A DNA stretch of 58,045 nucleotides, the filler included, from Sphacelaria rigidula (taxonomy: Eukaryota): NCBI GenBank assembly GCA_964200075.2. It is 5 parts of 5 records of this genome, joined end to end, with 100 filler letters (N's around TTAATTAATTAA, not from the genome) between each part and the next. Parts side by side here need not be neighbours in the genome. Positions count along the whole stretch, not along the records: positions 34,892 to 46,419 come from CAXNAA020004828.1; positions 46,520 to 58,045 come from CAXNAA020004829.1; 3 more parts are not named here. One strand, written 5' to 3'. Shown here one piece after another: positions 37,130 through 46,852 of the stretch (positions are counted from its first letter, which is position 1; every line of letters starts with the position of its first letter). The notes under the pieces are model-generated. The model saw only the letters and a list, made by a program, of their open reading frames with translations, was not told the DNA's origin and did no database searches. Position numbers and translations under genes: made by a program.

Positions 37130-37420
37130 GTTTTCGTGAGATTGAGGGTACAGGATACGATTGAGAGTGACGAGCGGTCAATATTAATAAATGAATCGTT
37201 TCAGTTCCGAAATGCCCCTCCCCGAGGCCCAATATGCTTTCCATAGTAGCTTGCCACTGAGGCCCTTGATATCCCCGAGGAGAATATCGACGTGTAGCTG
37301 TAAGCACACGCGAGTGATAGAGGCAGGGAAAAGCTTACGCGGAATGAAAAATTGGCCAAGTTGTAGCGGATTATCAAAAGCCACTCTCAATCAGCGCTCT
37401 GCACTCAATCTCACCAACAC
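37130..37420 (+). mobile_element. MITE family B, ~290 bp
   Basis: GTTTTCGTGAGATTGAGGGTACAG ... CTCTGCACTCAATCTCACCAAC. Confidence 0.8.
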
Positions 37421-37734
37421 GGTGTTAAACGTGCTGTACAGGCAACGTACGTAGGACTGTACTCTCTGCATAGAGGAGAATGTGAAGAAGCTTTGGACAA
37501 CGTGCAGTTTTGCTGCCTGTTCTGTCCGGGAGTGTGTAAGCAATTCGATCGCCGACCCTACCACGCAATTTCGTCGCCGGCCCCTAGCATACACATGCCC
37601 AGGTTTTAGCCAACGAAAAAGAAACGTATCATGCCAAGAGGGTGATAGCGTCGTTACCCCATTACTGCAGTGTATGTATCCCTGTGCTCAACTCGTGCTC
37701 TACAGTGAGCTTCAGGGTTACGTTGGTAGCTGAG

Positions 37735-38830
37735 AATGAATCGTGTGGGGTTTGCATGGTTCTGTGAACGAACGGTATCTTGTGTGGTGGTTTGCAAGAT
37801 ACTGTAGGAGTCAGGTGCCCCTTCGTTCTTTTCCGCCGCGTGCTTTCGATAAAAATAGCCAATGCCCAGTCTACGGGCGTGTCTTGACACATTATCTTTC
37901 GATCGAAATTGTGCGGTGGAAAAGGAAAACCCAGATCTGATAGATCGTAATTTTTTTCAACCTTTGTAGTTTATTCCAAAGATGGTTGATATCACGATCT
38001 ATCAGATCGCACTCCTTGTTTTTCACCGCACTTTTTCGACAAAAAGAATCATGTGCTAAGACGAAGCCTTATCGGAAAAAAAAAAGAAGGCGAGACATGA
38101 AACATGCGTCCAAAAGCAGCACAGTGATTGGTCGCTCGGCGGGTCTATGATTGCGGCGACTGATCAACATGAAGCATTTGGACGCTTGTACCATTCATTC
38201 TACGCTCCTTCTTTTCGTGTCGAAAACACGCGATCGAAGGCTAAGGCCGTGTCTTCGCAAACTATCTTCAATGGGAAAATTTCAGTGGAGAAGCAATAAT
38301 CCGATCTGACAGGTCGCCACTTAAAAAAGGGCAATGACCTAGAAAAGGTATACATTATCGTATTTTGCCCAAGAACGAAGTGGTTTCTGGAGGCGAAACG
38401 TCCTTCTGCGCATGGCCATATCTCGAGAGTAACATGTTTTTTTTCTGTTTATTTTCGAGACCAGGGTGCCGAGGAGCCTCCCGATTGATGTGCGTGAACG
38501 ATTCGGAGTGAAATTGGTCTAGATTGTGTGTTTCGCTGTTTCGCATTTCCGGTCATTTGTCGTGCCTTTCTTAGGCAAAATACCAGAAGGTATACCTTTT
38601 CTAGGCCATTGCTCTATGAAATCTTCGGATCTGATAGATCGTCATTCATATCGACGTCACTTGTGTTGACATGAACGACGACCCGTCAGATCGATACTTC
38701 CATTTTCCACTGCACTTTTTCGGTCGAAACAAAACATGCAAGACAAATCTTAAGATCGTGTCTTACCGAGAACAAAAAAGCGAAAATAAGGACGAGGCAA
38801 AAAGAAGAACACGCATTGGTCGCCGCGATA
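37735..38830. repeat. Cluster of family C repeat remnants with GATCTGATAGATCG hairpin motifs
   Basis: AGATCTGATAGATCGT (37933) pairs with ACGATCTATCAGATC (37994). Similar motifs at ~38302 and ~38627. Homologous to scaffold-1 3700-4015. Confidence 0.6.
38329..38614. mobile_element. MITE, ~286 bp, PIF/Harbinger-like termini
   Basis: GGGCAATGACCTAGAAAAGGTATAC...GTATTTTGCC / GGCAAAATAC...GTATACCTTTTCTAGGCCATTGCTC. TSD degenerate. Confidence 0.75.
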
Positions 38831-40384
38831 ACCCCCCCCCCCCCCCAGGGAAAAGAAGCGGTGGCGCTTTTTTTCTTTGCAGTGGCTCTATTTTGAAACA
38901 AATCTTTTGGAATTTTCCAGGCTATTCGCCAAGACTTTTCGGGCCGTTCGCCATGAAGGGAATCGTGAACCAGCGGCGCAATGGCCCTCGCTGGAGTACA
39001 CACCTGTCACACAGCCCGGACCTGAGGCACAAGCTCACGTAAACTTCTGATCTCACCGTCCCAGGATAGACAATGAATAGCTCGAGCTGTATCTATTGAA
39101 CGGGACACGATGATTTCTGTCAGACAAACGCCGTGTAAGACACCCCCACAAACGGTCAATTAATCCATCTTGAGCAAGTTTTGTTGCACAAACACGGCCG
39201 GCTCTCTTTCCAACACCCAGCGGAATGCCGTGAAACAAAGGGCACTGTGTATATATTACAGATTAGCAGGAGCTACACTAGTCTGAAGTAAACTAGGCGA
39301 ATTTTGTTATCAGCTTTTTTGTTAATCTTCTCACATGTTATTTTTCCTTAGCACTCGAAATTGCTGGAGCTGATAGATATTGGGGAAAAACGCAGACCGT
39401 GCTCCGATCACAATCCCCAAGTTGGTGTTTTCGGGGTGATACGAGTTAGGACCTTGTTTATCAGGAGAGTGTTATTGACCGTCATTGGTACATTGTCTCG
39501 GCTCTAGCGCATGACTGAGTAGACGTGCAGTTTTTTTTCTTCTCTGGTTGTCCACGAGAACGATCGAGATAGGGTCAATCAAGCAAAAATACCCAAGAAG
39601 ACTTCAAAACTGGGACTGTAAATTTGAAGGACCCCGGGAAGCGGTTGTTGTCTAATATTGGGTGCAGATGCGCTCTTTTCTCGGCATGTGAAGCGGATGC
39701 TGGTATATTCCGATATCCAATCTTCAGGATACAACGTCAAACGTTCACTGTGATGAAGCGGTGGCACGCCAAAAGTGCCAAAAATACAAAAATACAACAA
39801 TAACGATGTACAATATTCGCGTATGAATACTTTGCTTGCACTACTACAGAGCGCCAGGCGTCATGCACTTGCGCTGGGGATGTCTGCTCGTGTTTGCTCG
39901 GGCTACGTTGTGAAGGTGCAACGTGGTCCAGGCATGTGTTTCAGCCACGCCCGTTGTACTATAGATACACCTGTTTTCGACTACGTCCAGTGCGGGGAGA
40001 ACCACCGCTCTTCCCAGAAAGACAGTTTTGTGTCGTCTTGTTAGGACCCAAAGCGGTCATTGTGGGCCGGCAAGCATTGCCAGGTTATATTTCCTGTTTC
40101 ATTTTTGTCTCGATAACGGCTCGTGTTATCGAGTCCAAAAATGTAAAAGATGGGAACGCGATGTGATAGTGGTGAGTGATTGTGGCATTTGTATTTGGAG
40201 GGGGGTGACAGCGATTGGTTGTGGGTTGATGCCAGATGCTCATCTCCCCCGAAATTACCCTCACGAAAATTGATATTTTGGTAATTCATTCTCATGGGAG
40301 CGGATGAACATTTGCGTGAGAACATGAAGAGGAACGTCACATGGTTGCAAGACGTGGGCCGTTCGGCTCTTCATGGGGCGTACA

Positions 40385-40685
40385 GTTGGCTTCCCATCAC
40401 CAACAATAGCCACGCGTGGGAGACACACTCGACGTGCACAGCTCCCACAGAGAGATGCGCACAGCTATATTTCCCAGCACTTCGCCGAGTGAGGAAGCAT
40501 GGACACATCGGCGGGTAGTACGGACCAGCGCTGTCCAGCACGATGGCTATAACTCGAAATGTGCGTGGGCGTTGTCGTACGGTCGAAACGCGGACCGTCT
40601 ACGAGGAAGAGCAGCAGCAGCAGCAGCAGTATCGGCACCGGCTGATTCAGACCCACCCCCAGCTGTACTTGTGTTGTTAGTAAAG

Positions 40686-40721
<36 letters not shown>

Positions 40722-41071
40722 CTTGTGCCGTAGACGGTCCGCGTTTCGACCTGCGAAAATGCCCGTGATCTGTTCGCGTGTTGTTACCCCCGCTGTATTT
40801 CAGTACACATCCCTTGTTTTCCCCTGTATTGGACGCTGGCTTTATCCCCATCGGCAGCAGTAGCCACGCGTGGGAGACACGCCTGACGTGCACAGCTCGC
40901 ACGGAGAGATGCGCACAGCTATATCTCCCAGCACTTGGCCGAGTAAGGAAGCATGGACCCATCGGCGGGTAGTACGAACCAGCGTTGTCCAGCACGGTGG
41001 CTATCACGCGCAAGGTACATAGATGTTTGCACGATCGAAACGCAGACCGTCGCTCCCACGAGGGAGAACAA

Positions 41072-41115
<44 letters not shown>

Positions 41116-41330
41116 TCGGCACCGGCTAATTCAGACCCACCCCCAGCCGTACACATCTACTGTCAATAAAGCTGCTGCTGCTGCTGCTACTACTGCTTCT
41201 CCTGCGGGAGGCGGTTCGCGTTTCGGCCTGCCACAATGGCTTTACATCCTTACGCGTGATTGCCGCCCTGCTTGAAGTCGCTGGTCTGTTCGCGTGCTGT
41301 TACCGTCACTGTATCACTCGTCTTCCCCTC
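40385..41330. repeat. Tandem duplication (~450-490 bp units), each unit carrying a (CAG)n/(CTG)n-extended hairpin
   Basis: AGCCACGCGTGGGAGACAC...GGAAGCATGGAC.CATCGGCGGGTAGTACG occurs twice. Hairpins at 40581-40751 and 41033-41228. Confidence 0.9.
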
Positions 41331-42906
41331 CTAGATCGGAACGGCGTGTGATTTCTAGTGATGATGAAGCTGTGAACCGTCACTTCATCATCACTGTCAC
41401 GAAATGATTACTCGTATCACGTTCCTTCTTTCGTTAACCCTTTTGGGACCGGGCGTCCAGAACGACCACTGAGGCTGGTCAGGAATGCCGTGTCTGGCGT
41501 CTGCACGAAACAGTGGCTTCATGTTCCTGAAAACCCACGAATGTAACCGCAGGGTTAGGAGGAAGACTAAATGTTTCATCCAGTCTATTTTCAGGTGCAG
41601 GTACAAACTGTAGTTCGGGTGGGGTGCGCATTAGGTAACGAACATATGTAACAAGCCGTATGGGTCACCGTAGAGAGCTTTCAATAAGATGTGGCGACCG
41701 GCGGGCCGCCCGCCACTTGTGGCTTTGGATGATATTTTTGTCCCCATCACGTTGCCCCACAGCCCTTTGTGGACGGGGTGGGCTGCGATTCCCCTCTTTG
41801 TTGCAAGCGGCAAATTCTCTTCAAAGGGCATGGGCGTTGCGGTGCACACACGATTCAGTACGCCCCTCCGACTACAGCAGCAGCTGCCGCTGCATACTCC
41901 CTTACACGTTCTGGGCAGTTCTCAGCTACGGAGATCAGCTGCCTGTACACAGCTTGTTCGTCCCCGCCTACTACATACATGTTTACTGCACACTGCAAGG
42001 TATCGGGAGAGAAATAGGTGGAACTCATGACTGAAGCTCCTCTCGTTCCACGGCCCAGCTGGGTTGAGTTCCCTCGTGAAAATGACCACAATGTGGCATG
42101 TACGCTTTCCCCCGAGTTTCCCCTGTCAATCATGTGTTGGTGTAATTACTACGTTTTAGTATAGGATGGCGGCCCAAGAAAACGTGCGGGACATCCCGGA
42201 GCGAGATATCGTTTCCCAACCATCCGGGCTTTGGATACCTGGGAAGAAGTTTATCTAGGCCAGGGACAGGCCCCCCAGACGATCTTGACAATGACATCAA
42301 ATTCGGTAACAATCCCCGCAGTGGTCGTTTGGGTCTGGTCGATAGATTTCGCCTCGTCGTGATTCAGCAGGTCGCTCCCTTATTTTTTTTCTATATCATT
42401 TCACGAACACATGGTCAACCCTGTGTTAATCGGGGGGTCGGTTCCAAAAGGCTTAATACACCGCCTAAATAAATTACATGTACCAGTACATGGCCTGAAA
42501 AGGGAGAAAAGCGAATCAGAACAAAAAACGCGCCGTTAAAAAAAAATTACCCCGCTCTTTTTTTTGTAGGAGGGAGGGGTGGGGGTGGNNNNNNNNNNAA
42601 CACAAAAGAACACAACCAAAAAAAAAACGAGCGAGTGAGAAAAAAAGATTCTCCGCCGATTTTTTTTGGGGGGGGGGGGGGGGGGGGGGGGTGGGGGTGG
42701 GGGGGGTGGGGGGGCGATATCGCGGCGACAAACCAAAATACGAGTAATCTTTGAAGGGTTTTGCCTTCAAGCTTTTTTGGTTCGTCCAGACACGCGGCCT
42801 TGTCCTTCCACACTACTCGCACGCGGAGTTCTTTCCGCGAATTCGCATTGGCTCGTATCCCTCCAGACGACCCTTCGTTTCTCCACGAGAGGTCGATAGC
42901 ACTCAC

Positions 42907-43930
42907 CCCTGCCCCGATAAAGCCCACCCCTGACGCCACGCTAGCGGCGACTCGCGCCTGGTCCGCCCTTGCGAATCCATACTGCGACACAATCGTGAAC
43001 GTGCACGCTCCCATCGCCACGAGTGACCTGCATCACGACCGACGCGAAACAAGCGGTACGATACGGCGTTGCCAAAGTTGAAGTGCAAGTGCGGGGAATT
43101 CATGATGTTCAGACAGACGGAACAGTAAAACCGTCGTGGCACCATGACGTGCGGCGACTGGGATCGAGAAAAACTTGCTCACACATGCTGTTTCAGACAC
43201 ATGACCCTTTGCGACGACGTGTGACATTCGAACAAAGACTCCCCCGCCACCGAATGATCTATACCGACATCACAATTCAGTACAAGCACTGCCCTCATAC
43301 TGCCCTCCACCACGGTGGTGTTGCAGTTTACTTTTTGCGTGGTTGATACGGGAACAAGATGACTCACATGGTTCTCACGCCTGCCGGCCGATGGGATGTC
43401 CTCCTTTCCAAACCAAGTACCATACCCAGAAAAGCCGCCAGGCCCAGTCGCAGGACCAGCTGACAATCCAACGGCGATGGCCGAATCGCGACTACCGCAA
43501 TACAAAGCAAGCTCCACCCGCGCGCCAGCACAGACAAAAGCCTCGAAGCCGCCGCGCGTACCACAGCAGGATGTCGTCGTGCAGCAGAAACGGCGCGACC
43601 GGCGACCATTAGCGCAGTGCTCGACGGCCTAGAGCCTGGCGTCTTTCGTACTTGCAGTTGCTGCAGACAAGCTGCAGAAGCAGCAACAGCAAAGCGATCT
43701 TGTGAGGGCGATACAGCGACAGTATCAGGTGCACGAGGGACAATAGCAGCAAAAGCAGTAGTAGCTTCTGCTCGCCCCGCTGGGGTGTTGGTGCGAACGG
43801 CAATAAATGTTGGCGTACGGGTAGCAGTGGCAGAAGCAGCAGCGGGGGGTATTTGTTGCCATGATACGATCGCCGTGAGGCTTATCGTTAGCCAGTACAC
43901 GGCTTTAATGCTTGCCACCACCGTCATCAT
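42907..43930 (-). CDS. MgtC/SapB-family membrane protein, first two exons (3' part not found), with a long signal/transit-like leader
   Basis: Exon 43930-43368 (AT|GTGAGT) plus exon 43027-42907 (TGCAG|G...GGG|GTGAGT) give LRLGLAAFLGMVLGLERRTSHRPAGVRTMSLVAMGACTFTIVSQYGFARADQARVAASVASGVGFIGAG. This contains the MgtC motifs GLER, AG.RT, D..R.AA.V.SG.GF.GAG. Confidence 0.88.
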
Positions 43931-44446
43931 CTCTCACGGCAGCGTTATTGTTATTTGACACACGATTGGAGTCTTTTTTCATCACTCTTCTCCGATGCCT
44001 GCCTTGAACATGAGGAATTGTGCATTCCAGGAGCCTCGCCTCTCACCGCTCGACTCGATTTCAACTGCAACATAGCCCCACATTAGTCCTGTGCTTCAGA
44101 CCCACGGTGGCGCATTACATCGACTTCTTGGGGGTCGACAACGGACACGTCCACCCACAGTATTATGGGGGATTCATCCCCGAATTGCACCGTGAACTAA
44201 TAGTTCTAGCAGCTACTTGAATATTTGCAGGTCTGTTGCGCGTGCTGCAGAGATCTCAGTAACGAATTGTGATCGAGTCGTCGTTGTCCTGCAGCCTGTT
44301 TTACTGTCTGTCTGTGCTGTCTTGTACCGCATACTGCAGTCAGTACAACGGTACGGTAGGACAAAAAAGTATTACATCATTTGGAGGGGGTATGCATCCT
44401 CCATCGCACTTTTCGAGTCTTCCAACCCCAACTTCGCACGTTTTTG
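43931..44446. promoter_or_regulatory. Putative bidirectional promoter/5'UTR region, ~516 bp
   Basis: Lies between the divergent start codons of the MgtC-like and AN1-finger genes. Positional evidence only. Confidence 0.45.
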
Positions 44447-46295
44447 ATGGCCGAGTTCGGCGCGAAGCCATGCTCCCACCCGGGATGCCGCCAGTATGAT
44501 TTTCTCACGCTAGGATGCTCTGCCTGTGGACTATATTACTGTACGAAGCACTTTGCCATCAGCCAACACGCTTGTAGCCAAGGCGACGCCTACTGGAGCT
44601 CGGTAGGTGCTTGAGTAAACCACCATCAGTACCGTGTGCTCCATCTACTGTCTTCATCACAACTTTTGTGCTGTTACATTTGCACTACTGCCTGTTATGC
44701 TAAACACTTGACAGCGCACGTCCGACATACTACATGTGGTTTGTTTCCCACGGCCAACTCTATACCGTCTCCGCTGCTGTCAAGCATACAGCCCTCCTGG
44801 ATGTTTCCTATGCGCTTCTTCAACGTTTTGATCGCGGCACAGAACAAGGTGTGAAAACTTGACCCCCGTCACTAACTACGGCAGCATGACGGTCAGGATC
44901 CACAAAATACATTTGATGTGCTGCGATGGCAGAAGGTGTGTCAGTTTTTTTCTTTATATTTTTTATTGTCACATTTTGAACCCCCCCCCCCCCCCCCCCC
45001 CCCCCCCCTTCTCCCCCCCCGTTCTCCCGCACTACCCCTCCCTCCCCCCCCCTCCNNNNNNNNNNGACAAAGGGGTGCCCTTTTTTTTTTTTTTTTTTTT
45101 TTTTTGCCCCTTTTGACCCCCCCCCCCCCCCCCATCTCCTCGGGATGACACCGTGGTCACAAGCGATCAACCCTTCTCTCCCCGGTATACGCCTTGTATT
45201 TTGGTCTCGCGGATTGGGTCAGCACTCCTGCACCGCGTCAACTCACGTCAAACAAACTCAGTCGACTGCTTTGTTTACCCACGTTCTCAACGGTGAAAAT
45301 TGGGTATTACGAAGAAAAAACTCAATGCATCGGGAATCGAACCCTCGTTTTCTCCATCCTAATGGCGACAGTCGAACCTTTGCACCACCGGGTCGCTGCA
45401 GTCAGTACGATTTCCTAAAAAGTTGAGTCGAACCGATGCAAGTATGTGCTGGGAGTTGGGGATTGTAAGGATTCGAGATATGAGCTACAACTGCAGTTGT
45501 TGTTGTCGTCATCGTTTTTGTCGTCGTCGTCGTCGTCGTCGTCGTCGTCTTCACATTCAAAACCGTCCCGATATCTGCGCAGTACTCTGTACTGGGCATT
45601 TGATGCGGACGCCTCCCGTAGTCACAGGCTAACTACCCCAAGCTAGGATTAAAGAAAGCACAAAATCAAATCGGACCCAAAAAACAATTCACACCGACGC
45701 GAAACAAAAGAAATAAAAATAAATGAAAATGAAAATACGCAAAAATAAAAAAAAAAGAGGAAGAAGAAAGGACTACTGCTAGCCCTCTACGTTCGCGGGC
45801 AGCATCTATCGAACCACCCATTCTCCTCCGTCGCTAACCCCGACCCTACCCGCAAACTCTCTAGGTGGCCTAGAAGTTCCTCTCATGCGCATGGAGGTAT
45901 CGATACCGTGGTAGGTGAACGCAGGGACGCAATCGTACTTCATTGTCGTGCAGTACAGTATTGCCACTTGCAGACCCCCATAAAACCATCGCCGCACCTT
46001 CGGACGTTCGTCTCTGTGTGTGTGCACCACTAAAGCGCCGAGATGACGATGGAAGCGTCGGTACCGCGGGACAGACGAATCATGCACAACATCAGCAGCA
46101 GCAGCGGCAACAGCAATCGAATGACAACGCGGATTCGGATCACCACCACCCATTGTCGGCGAGCAAACCGTCTGAAGTTATGGCAGCCGTCACTTCGAGG
46201 TTTGAGGGTCGGGAGGGCGAGCTCAACGCCGAAACCACCCACTACAACCTAGCCAAGGCAGAAGATCTTCACGCGTATGCTGGGGCGCCCGACAA
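44447..46295 (+). CDS. AN1-type zinc finger protein (ZFAND1/2-like), 5' exons, continues past the scaffold end
   Basis: Exon 44447-44602 encodes MAEFGAKPCSHPGCRQYDFLTLGCSACGLYYCTKHFAISQHAC (AN1 finger). Phase-compatible candidate exons 44785-44848 and 45974-46295 (AA|GTAAG) are less certain. Confidence 0.8.
45130..45398 (-). mobile_element. tRNA-derived SINE-like element in an intron
   Basis: Minus strand has A-box TGGTGCAAAGG and B-box GGTTCGATTCCC. The body (45165-45250) resembles 54070-54153 on another scaffold. Confidence 0.6.
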
Positions 46296-46372
46296 GTAAG
46301 GCCGCCGTACGTCAGTTGGACAACGCTCAATCCTGTTTTTGTACGCCATGAACAAAACTTCATCGTTATACG

Positions 46373-46411
<39 letters not shown>

Positions 46412-46419
46412 CCTCCCTC

Positions 46420-46519
46420 NNNNNNNNNNNNNNNNNNNNNNNNNNNNNNNNNNNNNNNNNNNNTTAATTAATTAANNNNNNNNNNNNNNNNNNNNNNNNN
46501 NNNNNNNNNNNNNNNNNNN
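46420..46519. other. Artificial 100-nt scaffold linker
   Basis: N44-TTAATTAATTAA-N44. Confidence 0.97.
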
Positions 46520-46852
46520 AAAAAAAAAAAAAAAAAAAAAAAATTTTTTTTTTTTTTTTTTTTTTTGTTTGTTTCCCCCCCCCCCGGAGGCACGCCCCCC
46601 CCCCCCCCCCCCCCCCCCCCGCGCGCGCCTCTCTATTTCACCCCTCATTCCCCAACACGCCAAGACTTCCGTGGAAGGTAGAGAGAAGTATTCGATAGCG
46701 CAGAGACAATTTCTAAAGTTTTAACAGAGCACGAAAGTTCCCTCTCGATATCAAGGCTGTTGCTTCCTCGGGCGCCTACCCCCGCTCGCGTATACTTACA
46801 AAAAATCTTCATACCCCCCCCGTCTCCAACGATGAACAACAACACCCCATAG

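Noticed and set aside
42580..42715. Poly-G/poly-C runs as G-quadruplex or poly-Pro/Gly coding (also 34738, 44980, 46373, 51710)
   Set aside because: They sit next to N-gaps or scaffold ends and look like low-quality short-read homopolymer artefacts.
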